Positions 18,221-26,829 of a DNA stretch of 60,363 bases are shown in pieces. This DNA is from an uncultured Candidatus Saccharibacteria bacterium. GTDB taxonomy: Bacteria; Patescibacteriota; Minisyncoccia; 2-02-FULL-40-12; GWA2-44-9. How positions within the stretch are numbered: position 1 is the first letter of the stretch; each line of letters begins with the position of its first letter. The stretch is from positions 10,286 to 70,648 of the forward strand of contig CAYHIK010000006.1 of the NCBI GenBank assembly GCA_964356795.1. The letters are read 5' to 3'. The translations under genes and the position numbers were made by a program. Under the pieces are notes generated by a model. It had not been told where the DNA came from. It made no database searches and worked only from the letters and a program-made list of their open reading frames with translations.

Positions 18221-18637
18221 ATGTTGCGACACCTACGAGCTCGTTGGCCGGTTACCGCTGGACTCCTCCTCATCTTCGCGGGGATTTTTCTTGGCGAACA
18301 ATGGGACCTCTACTACCAAGTTGTTCACTTCGATAAAATCCTCCATTTTGTGGGAGGTATCATCGCAGGATGGTTTTCATTCTCGATACTCCAAGCTGAG
18401 CTCACACGCACGTCTTCGTGGAAGCAATTCGTCATCATCGCAGGCGCGACCGCGCTTATAGGCATCGTCTGGGAGTGGGCAGAGTATCTTGGTAATTTCA
18501 CGCAGTATTCATTCCCCACGCTCTATCACTACTTCCATGGCGGCGATTTAGCCGACACACTCGCAGATTTACTCGCCGACATCGCCGGTGGTTCTCTCTT
18601 TATTGCCTGGGCACTTCGCAAGGAGCGGAGCTCGTGA
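18221..18637 (+). CDS. Hypothetical integral membrane protein
   Basis: 4 TM segments; acidic motif GGDLADTLADLLADIAGG. Confidence 0.5.
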   Translation: MLRHLRARWPVTAGLLLIFAGIFLGEQWDLYYQVVHFDKILHFVGGIIAGWFSFSILQAELTRTSSWKQFVIIAGATALIGIVWEWAEYLGNFTQYSFPTLYHYFHGGDLADTLADLLADIAGGSLFIAWALRKERSS

Positions 18638-18668
18638 TATTCTATTCGTAGGTTCGTTGTATATATGA

Positions 18669-18790
18669 AGCGTAGTGGGTGAAGCTGGTGTAATTCCAGC
18701 GCTGTCGCGCAACGGTGAAGTACTCCGCAGTACAAGCCCGATCCCCCTACGTTATAACTCGCCCGCGTCAGGCTCGGTCTTTTTTTGTCT
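18669..18790 (+). promoter_or_regulatory. Cobalamin (B12) riboswitch
   Basis: GUAGUGGGUGAAGCUGGUGUAAUUCCAGCGCUGUCGCGCAACGGUGAAG aligns nearly base for base with the btuB core AAUAGGGAAUCCAGUGCGAAUCUGGAGCUGACGCGCAGCGGUAAGG (from memory). The CCCCCUAC 3' strand closes with GUAGUGGG. A U7 tract lies at 18779-18787. Confidence 0.7.
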
Positions 18791-18825
18791 CAAAAACTGG
18801 CACGCATGACGCAGGCGCTTACGCT

Positions 18826-19374
18826 ATGGCGCGCTTCGACGCTCAGGCAAGTATCAAAATAATACTCGGTTGGATTGCAGTCTTTCTGGTCCGCCTATTC
18901 CCTTGGCGACCTGCAAATATGGAGCCCATTCTTGCGACGATGATGCCGTTCGCAAAACAATACGGCCCAAGCGGCGCATTCATCTTTGGCGCAATGAGTA
19001 TCGCACTGTTCGATGCAGTTGTGGGAAAGATTGGCCAATGGACCGCAATCACTGCGCTCGCGTATGGACTCGTAGGGATTGGCGGGTGGTATTTCTTGAA
19101 GAATCGCATGCCAGGAGCGCTTACATGGACGACCTACGGCGTTATCGGCACACTGGCATACGACGCACTCACCGGCCTCACCGTGGGACCGCTGATGTTT
19201 GGCCAATCATTCCGCGAGGCATTTATTGGGCAAATTCCATTCACCCTCATGCACCTCGCAAGCACCGTCACACTCTCGCTCACCCTCTCTCCCGCGATAC
19301 ATCGATGGGTCACCACAAATAACGCCCTCGAGCTTTCCTCGGTTCAGTCGAGGCTTGCTCATGCGGTCCACTAG
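18826..19374 (+). CDS. Small multi-TM protein, putative vitamin/corrinoid uptake component
   Basis: About 6 TM segments, 182 aa. The function call rests only on the upstream riboswitch. The track start 18715 lies inside the riboswitch. Confidence 0.45.
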   Translation: MARFDAQASIKIILGWIAVFLVRLFPWRPANMEPILATMMPFAKQYGPSGAFIFGAMSIALFDAVVGKIGQWTAITALAYGLVGIGGWYFLKNRMPGALTWTTYGVIGTLAYDALTGLTVGPLMFGQSFREAFIGQIPFTLMHLASTVTLSLTLSPAIHRWVTTNNALELSSVQSRLAHAVH

Positions 19375-21032
19375 ATACGCTCGGGAGTTCCGATGCCAAG
19401 CACCGCGAGACCATCGCGAATCGTACGCATCACCGCCTCGATGAGCTGAATGCGCGCTGATTTGCGCTCAGCATTCTCGTCATCTCCGATGTGGACTTGC
19501 TCATAGAAGCGATTTGCCTTCTCTGCGAGCTCATATACATACAGCGCCAGCGCGTTGAGTGTGTGGAATTGTGCACATGTCGCAATCGCGTCACCATAAT
19601 CGAAGAGATGCCGCATAAGCGCGCGCTCTGCGGGATGCACAAGCGTAGACCTATCAGCGGGACCGCATGGGCCCACCTTCGTCACGATGCTCGCCAAACG
19701 TGCATATGTATATTGCAAATACGGCCCCGAGTTTCCGCCTAAATCGAGCATAGCATCCCAGTCGAACACGATATCGGAATACGGATGCTGCTTAAGGTCG
19801 TTGTATTTGAGCGCGCCAATTCCCACCACACGCGCAATCGCCTCTACTTCATCATCCGTGAGAGCGCTATTCTTCGCGCGCACCACGCCACGAGCGCGCG
19901 TAATCACTTCGTCGATAATCGTCTGAAGCGGAACCGCATTCCCCTCGCGTGTAGAGAACTTTTTGCCATCCTCACCCAACACGAGCCCAAACTTCACGTG
20001 CGCGAGATCGGGGATCCCCTGCATCCGCATTTTCTGTACCGTTGCGAAGAGCTGTTCAAAGTGAAGCACCTGCTCGTTTGCAACCACATAGAGCGCTTTT
20101 GCGGGCGCGTAGCGTGCGATACGATCCTCGAGCGATGCGATATCACGCGTGAGGTAGAGTGTCGCACCATCCGATTTTCGAATCATCGCGACAGGCAATC
20201 CGAACTCTTCGAGGTCAACGATGAGCGCACCCCCACTGGGACGGGCGAGGTTGGCGTCAAGTAACCGCTGTACTAATGGTGCGAGCACGGATTCATACTC
20301 GGACTCTCCTTTGTATATATCAAATGAAACATCGAGCACCTCGTACGTGCGCCCATATTCTGCGAGCGAGAGCTCGCGGAAGCGCGTCCAGAGTGCACGA
20401 TTCTCTTCATCACCGTCTTCCAGTTTTTTGAATTCCAAACGACCTTCATCTTCGAGCGCTGGATTCTCTTTCATGTCTGCGTGAAATCGCACGTAGAGCT
20501 TCACCAAATCATCAACCGTTGCGATAGGCTCATTGTATTTCTTGAATGCCGCAATAAGCTTTCCAAACTGCGTCCCCCAATCTCCCAGGTAGTTCCAGCG
20601 AATCGCCTCATATCCCAGCGCGCGATACACACGCGAAAGTGCATCGCCGATAATGGTGCTTCGCAGGTGCCCCACATGCATCGGCTTTGCAATGTTCGGC
20701 GCAGAACAATCAATCACCACTTTTGCGCCGTGCCCGACATCAGGAATAGTTCGGTGCGCGAACTGCGTCTGCAACCAATCAAGACGCACAAACACGTTCA
20801 CAAATCCGGGCCCCGCGACTTCGCACCGCTCAATGCGATCAGCTCCACGCTCGAGAAGTGCAGCGCACATATCATTCGCCACATCGCGTGGATTTTTCTT
20901 CTCATATTTTGCCACGATAAAGGCGAGGTTTACCGAATAATCTCCCATCGCCACGTCAGGCGGAACCAGCACATCAAAAAGATGCCCGGGATAGAGCTCT
21001 GTCAGTGTTGTGCGAAGCCACGTGCGGAACAT
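19371..21032 (-). CDS. argS: Arginyl-tRNA synthetase
   Basis: NIAKPMHVGHLRSTIIGDA; C-terminal anticodon-binding region. Confidence 0.9.
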   Translation of the reverse strand: MFRTWLRTTLTELYPGHLFDVLVPPDVAMGDYSVNLAFIVAKYEKKNPRDVANDMCAALLERGADRIERCEVAGPGFVNVFVRLDWLQTQFAHRTIPDVGHGAKVVIDCSAPNIAKPMHVGHLRSTIIGDALSRVYRALGYEAIRWNYLGDWGTQFGKLIAAFKKYNEPIATVDDLVKLYVRFHADMKENPALEDEGRLEFKKLEDGDEENRALWTRFRELSLAEYGRTYEVLDVSFDIYKGESEYESVLAPLVQRLLDANLARPSGGALIVDLEEFGLPVAMIRKSDGATLYLTRDIASLEDRIARYAPAKALYVVANEQVLHFEQLFATVQKMRMQGIPDLAHVKFGLVLGEDGKKFSTREGNAVPLQTIIDEVITRARGVVRAKNSALTDDEVEAIARVVGIGALKYNDLKQHPYSDIVFDWDAMLDLGGNSGPYLQYTYARLASIVTKVGPCGPADRSTLVHPAERALMRHLFDYGDAIATCAQFHTLNALALYVYELAEKANRFYEQVHIGDDENAERKSARIQLIEAVMRTIRDGLAVLGIGTPERI

Positions 21033-21098
21033 GTGAAAAATATAGCAGTTTTCAGCAGGAATGAAAAAGCCCCGACACAGTTCGTGTCGGGGCGGTAC

Positions 21099-21743
21099 TC
21101 ACCGATGCATCTCCGCGATGGTGACCGCGGAAGTGTCCGTCACCTTCTTAATGGCCCGCGAAAGCCGCTTCTGACTCACCTTATCAGCGGGCATCTCAGC
21201 CAACTCGCGCTGGAGAATGTCACGAACCTGCGCCTTCACGTCGGCATCGTAGCAGCCCAGCATGAACACCGCGCTCGGCCCATTCACGCTGATCTCTTCG
21301 CCAATCTCGCCGGTAAACTCTACGAGCCGAACATCTCCGGAACGACTCGCACCGAGACAAAGCACGGGGAGGCCAAGCGGCTCGCGCGCATCTTCCAAGA
21401 TGTACCGGCAGTACGCGCCAAGCGCGGTAAGCGCGGCTGGTGCGTGGAAATCTTTTCCTCCGGGACTGTAGAGCTCACGCGACTCCCGAAACGCAGCCTT
21501 GATGACCGATTCGATATCCCTGAAGTGTGCGCCAGAGGGAGAGGCGTAGAAGATCGAGAAGTTCTCGAAATGCACCGTCCCCGGAGACCCATCGGTCGCC
21601 GTGACGACGTATCCGATGACGTCATGTTCGGACTGGGGAGGGCGCACGAATGCGACGAAGTGCTTCGCCAACATCGCCTGCGCGGCCGCAACCTTGGTGA
21701 GGTATGCGGTAAGCGCAACGCTCTTACATCCGCGATTCTTCAT
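21099..21743 (-). CDS. Proteasome alpha-subunit-like protein (no N-terminal Thr)
   Basis: TGATG overlap with the upstream beta-like gene. RGCKSVALTAY resembles the actinobacterial PrcA segment AKSVVALAY (from memory). Confidence 0.45.
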   Translation of the reverse strand: MKNRGCKSVALTAYLTKVAAAQAMLAKHFVAFVRPPQSEHDVIGYVVTATDGSPGTVHFENFSIFYASPSGAHFRDIESVIKAAFRESRELYSPGGKDFHAPAALTALGAYCRYILEDAREPLGLPVLCLGASRSGDVRLVEFTGEIGEEISVNGPSAVFMLGCYDADVKAQVRDILQRELAEMPADKVSQKRLSRAIKKVTDTSAVTIAEMHR

Positions 21744-22579
21744 CACTTCCTCCGTCGAGGCTTCGGCTGACCCGTAGCCAGAAGCTTCGCGATGCGCTGA
21801 TTTGCCCAACGCTTCGTCAACAGCGCGGTACCGAGGGCGCGTTCGATTTCATCGCTCGGCAAGAACTCGACGCCCTTTTTCGAGGTAATCACAACCACCG
21901 TGGGCGTTGCAATCACCGCATCCGAACTTCCCGAGTCACGCCAGCCCGAGTGGGCAAGACAGTGCATGGCAACGATAAGCGCGTCTTTTCGCGAAAGATC
22001 CGGAACCCAGCGTGCATCGAGCTGGTCTTCCACGCGGAATCCACCAGATCCATTACTCGCATGGTGCGGACGCAGCAAGACGCACCCATCACTCTCCAGC
22101 TCGAAGATATGAGCGCCTTCGGCGTCCAATCCAGCGAGGATAGAACCGGCTTCGAACGCGTCACCGTAGTACGCGTGCCAGAATCGCAACAGCTCGGAAA
22201 GGTACGCGCTCTGACCCTCGATGCTCAAGGGGTAATCGTTCGAATCGCGGAATTCGCGGTTCGCGGTAGCCAGCGTCTTCTCGATGAGCTGAATGGAGCT
22301 GACGTCGCCACATCCCAACACAACAGACAACTGATCCACCTGCCGAATCTTGATACTGTCCTGCGCAACAATGGAGTACCCCCATCCCGACGTCTTACGG
22401 TCGGCGGCGCACATGATGCCGTCAGCGTATTTCATCGTGAAGATGGTTGTCCCGCTATGAATCCGATGCTTTCCTGGCCCCGACGAACCACGAGCGCCCG
22501 CCCGCATAGTAGCGGCCTTCCGAAGGGCACTCGCTGGAAATGCGTCTCGTACCGCCCGTTGCAATAGATCGCTTCTCAC
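21743..22579 (-). CDS. Proteasome beta-subunit-like Ntn hydrolase with propeptide
   Basis: HSG|TTIFTMKYADGIMCAADRKTS gives Thr1 and Asp17. SIKIRQV gives a Lys33-like residue. GCGDVSS. GTG start 22579 with AGGAGG 7 nt upstream. Confidence 0.65.
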   Translation of the reverse strand: MRSDLLQRAVRDAFPASALRKAATMRAGARGSSGPGKHRIHSGTTIFTMKYADGIMCAADRKTSGWGYSIVAQDSIKIRQVDQLSVVLGCGDVSSIQLIEKTLATANREFRDSNDYPLSIEGQSAYLSELLRFWHAYYGDAFEAGSILAGLDAEGAHIFELESDGCVLLRPHHASNGSGGFRVEDQLDARWVPDLSRKDALIVAMHCLAHSGWRDSGSSDAVIATPTVVVITSKKGVEFLPSDEIERALGTALLTKRWANQRIAKLLATGQPKPRRRK

Positions 22580-22638
22580 CTGATACCTCCTAGGAAGTAA
22601 ACGAACGTTGCGCAGACGGTACTATAAATGCCCGATAA

Positions 22639-23742
22639 ATGAAAGAGCCCGTCAATACCCTTGAAGAATTTCAGCGTTCCCCGCATACTACATTTCATAT
22701 GGACGCAAAAACATTTGACCGATTAACGATCGATGCAGTTCGCAAGGTAACCCCCGCAGTGGTAAGTATTGTCGTCTCGAAGTATCTCCCCCGTATTCAC
22801 GACATCAATCCGGCGCAACTCTTCAACCCATTCATGATGGGTGACGTCGAAGATGGCGCAGGGCAAAAAGTAAAAGTTGGTGGTGGCTCGGGATTCATCG
22901 TACACCCCGACGGACTCATCCTTACCAATAAACACGTCGTCTTTGACGCCGAAGCAGAGTATGCAGTCGTGATGAACGACGGCTCAGAGCATCCCGTCAA
23001 AGTGCTTTCCCGCGACCCCATCAATGACATCGCGGTGCTGAAGATGGAAGGAGTGAATCTCCCCCATGCAGAGCTCGCAAGCTCCACCGAAATCGAGCTC
23101 GGGCAAACCGTCATCGCCATTGGTAACGCGCTTGGATTATTTTCAAACTCGGTGAGCAAGGGAATTATCTCGGGTCTCTCTCGGAGTATTTCCGCATCGC
23201 TGGGCGGAGCACCGGGAGCGCACATGGAACAGCTTCGTGGCGTGATTCAAACAGACGTCGCCATCAACCAGGGTAACTCGGGAGGCCCCCTGGTGAACCT
23301 CGACGGAGACGTTGTCGGCATCAACACCGCCGTCATCTTTGGTGCACAGAATATCGGATTCGCACTTCCGATTGATTGGGTCAAAGGTGACCTCGAAGAC
23401 ATCGTGAAACACGGACGCATCATCAAGCCGTTCCTCGGCCTCATGTACGTGATGATTACCACCGATCTTGCACAACGCTACGCGCTCTCCATCAATCACG
23501 GCGCGATGATTATCCGCGACCACCGTCCTGATGCGCACGCCGTGCTCGCAGGCTCGCCCGCCGACAAAGCTGGCCTCAAAGAACACGACATCGTTACTCA
23601 TCTCGATGGCGTGGAGCTCTCTGCGGGCACCGACCTCACCGACATGCTCCAGAAGCACAGCGTTGGAGATGCAATTCCCATGCGATACCTCCGCGACGGA
23701 AAAGAGCACGAGTGCACTGTCACGCTCACGGAGCGCACCTAA
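22639..23742 (+). CDS. htrA: HtrA/DegP-family serine protease with PDZ domain
   Basis: GNSGGPLVNLDGDVVGINTA; C-terminal PDZ (GSPADKAGLKEHDIV). Confidence 0.9.
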   Translation: MKEPVNTLEEFQRSPHTTFHMDAKTFDRLTIDAVRKVTPAVVSIVVSKYLPRIHDINPAQLFNPFMMGDVEDGAGQKVKVGGGSGFIVHPDGLILTNKHVVFDAEAEYAVVMNDGSEHPVKVLSRDPINDIAVLKMEGVNLPHAELASSTEIELGQTVIAIGNALGLFSNSVSKGIISGLSRSISASLGGAPGAHMEQLRGVIQTDVAINQGNSGGPLVNLDGDVVGINTAVIFGAQNIGFALPIDWVKGDLEDIVKHGRIIKPFLGLMYVMITTDLAQRYALSINHGAMIIRDHRPDAHAVLAGSPADKAGLKEHDIVTHLDGVELSAGTDLTDMLQKHSVGDAIPMRYLRDGKEHECTVTLTERT

Positions 23743-24251
23743 TGGAACTTACCCTCTTTCGCTTTCTCAACGGATTGACTGGCCAGGGGTGGGATTCACT
23801 CATCACGTTTTGCGCCACTAATCTCCAATATATAGTAGGCGGGGTGTTTATCGTTGCGACGCTCTGGCCGTTGCGGCGCATACGAATGCTCATCATCTCG
23901 CTCACGGCGGCCGTCATTGCTCGCTTCGGAGTAAAGTCTGCCATCCTCCTCTTCGTTGAACGCGCACGCCCGTTCGCCACACTCACCGATGTGCGAAATA
24001 TCATTGGCGTTGATGTCGGAGAAAACCTCCAGTCATTCCCCTCTGGTCACGCAATCTTTTTCTTTGCGCTTGCGACTGCAGCTCACAGCTTCAGCCCACG
24101 AATTGGGCGCTGGCTTTTTGTGGGGGCGATACTCATCAGCATCTCTCGTGTCATCGGTGGTGTTCATTGGCCGTCAGACATTCTCGTCGGCGCGCTCTTA
24201 GGCATCCTCATCGGCTGGGCAGTCGCCAAACTCTCTCGGCAATTCATATAA
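23742..24251 (+). CDS. PAP2-family phosphatase (undecaprenyl-diphosphatase-like)
   Basis: SFPSGHA and SRVIGGVHWPSD. TAATG overlap with htrA. Confidence 0.8.
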   Translation: MELTLFRFLNGLTGQGWDSLITFCATNLQYIVGGVFIVATLWPLRRIRMLIISLTAAVIARFGVKSAILLFVERARPFATLTDVRNIIGVDVGENLQSFPSGHAIFFFALATAAHSFSPRIGRWLFVGAILISISRVIGGVHWPSDILVGALLGILIGWAVAKLSRQFI

Positions 24252-24281
24252 AAAGCCGACTCCTCGAGAGTCGGCCTTGCG

Positions 24282-24545
24282 CTACAATGCCAGTAACCAC
24301 GGGCCCAAAACAGTAACAACCGTAGTGCATATGGCGCCGAACACGATTCCGAACACGAACGGAAGAAGTACACATTCGAGTATTGCCACGAACAGCGCGA
24401 ATCCCACCATCGAATCGCCAGCGCGTCGCCGCTTATACTCAAAGTACGTGGCGGTCGCCAGAAGGAGCCCCGCCGCAAGGCACGGACCGCCCAGCGGATG
24501 AAGCGCCCCGATAAGAAGTCCAATCCCGACAACAGCCCAGTTCAT
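24282..24545 (-). CDS. Small membrane protein (hypothetical)
   Basis: GGAGGG upstream of ATG 24545; 3 TM segments. Confidence 0.45.
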   Translation of the reverse strand: MNWAVVGIGLLIGALHPLGGPCLAAGLLLATATYFEYKRRRAGDSMVGFALFVAILECVLLPFVFGIVFGAICTTVVTVLGPWLLAL

Positions 24546-24607
24546 ACGCCCTCCAATTGGCAAGGTTCGTTCTGTACGGTACAGTGATGTCACAGACCTG
24601 TAAAGCA

Positions 24608-25054
24608 ATGGCTGATTACGCAACCAACCCACGCGCACGATTCGATTACGAAATCCTCGAGACCCTCGAGGCAGGAATTACGTTGCGTGGCTACGAGGTC
24701 AAAAGCATTAAAACGGGCCGCATCAGCATCAAGGGCGCATACGTGCGCATGATTGCCGGCGAACCCTGGCTCGTGGGCGCGTCGATGCCTCCCTATCAAC
24801 CTGGCAACGTTCCACCAGAATACAAAGAACAAGCAGACCGAAAACTCCTCTTGAGCAGAAGCCAAATCGCATCCCTTATCGGGCTCGCGCAATCGCACGG
24901 CATCACACTCGTTCCCCTGCGCCTCTACGACAAAAAAGGAATGATTAAACTCGAGATTGGTGTCGCGCGAGGCAAAAAGAAATACGACAAACGCGAGAGT
25001 ATCAAGAAAAAAGATACTGAGCGTGCGCGCATGCGTGGCATGAGTGAGGAATAA
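24608..25054 (+). CDS. smpB: SsrA-binding protein
   Basis: NPRARFDYEILETLEAGI.L.G.EVKS, GARGKKKYDKRE. Confidence 0.9.
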   Translation: MADYATNPRARFDYEILETLEAGITLRGYEVKSIKTGRISIKGAYVRMIAGEPWLVGASMPPYQPGNVPPEYKEQADRKLLLSRSQIASLIGLAQSHGITLVPLRLYDKKGMIKLEIGVARGKKKYDKRESIKKKDTERARMRGMSEE

Positions 25055-25092
25055 CAACAACAAACGCCACCCCTCGGGGTGGCGTTTTTGCG

Positions 25093-25365
25093 CTACGATG
25101 CTTCCGACTCCTTCCTGACAGCATCTCGCTTCCGCTGTTCGCGACGCTCTTCTTCTCGCGCGGTGAGGCGGTCAAAGTAGATATCGAGAATCGCACCCTC
25201 AAGCACGAGGTACTTCTCATGCTCTCCAAGTCCGGGATGTCGAATGAGCCGTGCAAGCGTCGAGACTTCACGGTCAGAAATCTCGCCCGCGATTGCGCTC
25301 AGCTTTTTTCGCCAATGAAGCACGAGGTCCATCTGTGGACGCTTCTTCTTGCTGCGTTTTCCCAT
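25093..25365 (-). CDS. Hypothetical basic protein
   Basis: ORF with ATG 25365; a terminator lies downstream. Confidence 0.4.
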   Translation of the reverse strand: MGKRSKKKRPQMDLVLHWRKKLSAIAGEISDREVSTLARLIRHPGLGEHEKYLVLEGAILDIYFDRLTAREEERREQRKRDAVRKESEAS

Positions 25366-25461
25366 GACCCCTCCAAAGAACTCGAGAACTCTACCGCATC
25401 TCTTGCATCGGAGCAATCACACGCCTACACTTGCGAGACGTTCTTTCCAAAGGAGCATGCC

Positions 25462-26151
25462 ATGCATCTCGTACTCGGCCTTGCGCTTCTCCTGCAAGTC
25501 GCGCCGACACCCGACGAGCCCCAACTTCCATCGCGAGCGCAGATTGTCGATGCGTACGCTGAACTCTCCGACTTCACGGCACTCGTCATCGATGCGCTTC
25601 CTGCGCGCATGAACGTTGATGCTCGCAAGCCGCACATCGGATTCACCCTTCGCACCGAAGATGCGGGCATCAGCCCCGAAGGACTTCAACAGCGGCATAC
25701 GTTCATCTTCAGCGTCATTCACGGTTCAGCGGCAGACATCGCAGGGGTTCGCCCCGGCGATCGCATCACTGCAATTGACAACATCACGTGCGACACGCTG
25801 GCACCAAAGGCGGTCATCTTCTATCTCGCCGATTACCCCACCGTGGTTCCGCTCACACTCGAGCACGACGGCGCACAGCGCACCGTACGCATTGAGCGAG
25901 CCCCACTCCTGTGCGCAATGGCAGTGTGGGATGCGTTCCCTGAAGCGCTCTGGCGGAGTCGCTTCGCGAAGCTCTACGGATTCATCGCGGAGAAGCTTTC
26001 CGAGCTCAAATCCAAGGAGCTCTCCGAAATCCAAACGGTCGAAGAAATCGCCAACATCCAGAATACCTCGGTGTTCATCGATCAGGCGCTCACCCTTATG
26101 AGTAATCAGCTCGACTTTACGAAAAGCCCATACTGCGAAATGAAGCAGTAA
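25462..26151 (+). CDS. Secreted PDZ-domain protein
   Basis: AAGGAG upstream of ATG 25462. Signal-like MHLVLGLALLLQVAP. GSAADIAGVRPGDRITAIDN. Confidence 0.6.
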   Translation: MHLVLGLALLLQVAPTPDEPQLPSRAQIVDAYAELSDFTALVIDALPARMNVDARKPHIGFTLRTEDAGISPEGLQQRHTFIFSVIHGSAADIAGVRPGDRITAIDNITCDTLAPKAVIFYLADYPTVVPLTLEHDGAQRTVRIERAPLLCAMAVWDAFPEALWRSRFAKLYGFIAEKLSELKSKELSEIQTVEEIANIQNTSVFIDQALTLMSNQLDFTKSPYCEMKQ

Positions 26152-26189
26152 AAAAAACCAGCCCCCGCCTTAGCGGGGGCCTTTTCGTA

Positions 26190-26408
26190 TTACATCCCAG
26201 CGCGATGGCTCTGCATGATCTTCAGCGCCTCATCCAAGCTCGCGTGAAGCTTTTGTGCCGAGAGTGGCGCCAGACGCTCGAGCTCGTTCCTGCCGAGCTT
26301 GGTCAAGAACAACCCGACCGCGTAATCATCAGGCTCGCAGCGAACCCGCCTCACCTTCACCCGACAATGACATCCGACCTCACACATCTTGTGGCCCCCG
26401 CTTGCCAT
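26190..26408 (-). CDS. Hypothetical small protein
   Basis: GGAGG 7 nt upstream of ATG 26408. Confidence 0.45.
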   Translation of the reverse strand: MASGGHKMCEVGCHCRVKVRRVRCEPDDYAVGLFLTKLGRNELERLAPLSAQKLHASLDEALKIMQSHRAGM

Positions 26409-26443
26409 AGAAACCTCCAGAAAGCCTCAGAATACGCTAAAAC

Positions 26444-26472
26444 TTGAAAAAATGCAAATTCTGTGCTATACT
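26444..26472 (+). promoter_or_regulatory. Sigma70-like promoter for ssrA
   Basis: TTGAAA, 17 nt, TATACT; the tmRNA 5' end lies 10 nt downstream. Confidence 0.6.
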
Positions 26473-26481
26473 AGTATTTGA

Positions 26482-26829
26482 GGGGATGATCGGTTTCGAC
26501 ACTGCATCATACCTTCACGATGCCATATGCGGTCGGCCGGTAACCGCACAAAACACCGGTCAAACATATAACTGGCTATTCTAACGCCAATTACGCGTTC
26601 GCCTAAGGGCGTCGCGCATCGCACCCTGACGCTTGCTACGGGATTCTGCGGTGTCATCTAGCTCGCTCTGGTTGACCACACGTGTGTCGTGGTCCGCCGA
26701 AACAATGACACACTAGTTTGCGATTATTTTTCCGGTTCTCTACTCGCGAGCAACATACCAAATCGGATACTGTGGTAGCACATCGTGATCGTATCGTAGT
26801 GGACTAGGGTTCGATTCCCTACATCTCCA
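26482..26829 (+). ncRNA. ssrA: tmRNA
   Basis: 5' GGGGAUGAUCGGUUUCGAC. Tag frame ..GYSNANYAFA ends with TAA at 26604-26606. 3' GGACUAGGGUUCGAUUCCCUA-CAUCUCC-A. The acceptor pairs with G3:U70. CCA is not encoded. Confidence 0.85.

Noticed and set aside
20481-21770. 429-aa plus-strand ORF
   Set aside because: It is antisense to argS and the proteasome alpha-like gene. It has an Arg/His-rich low-complexity composition and no RBS. The opposite-strand genes have clear family motifs.
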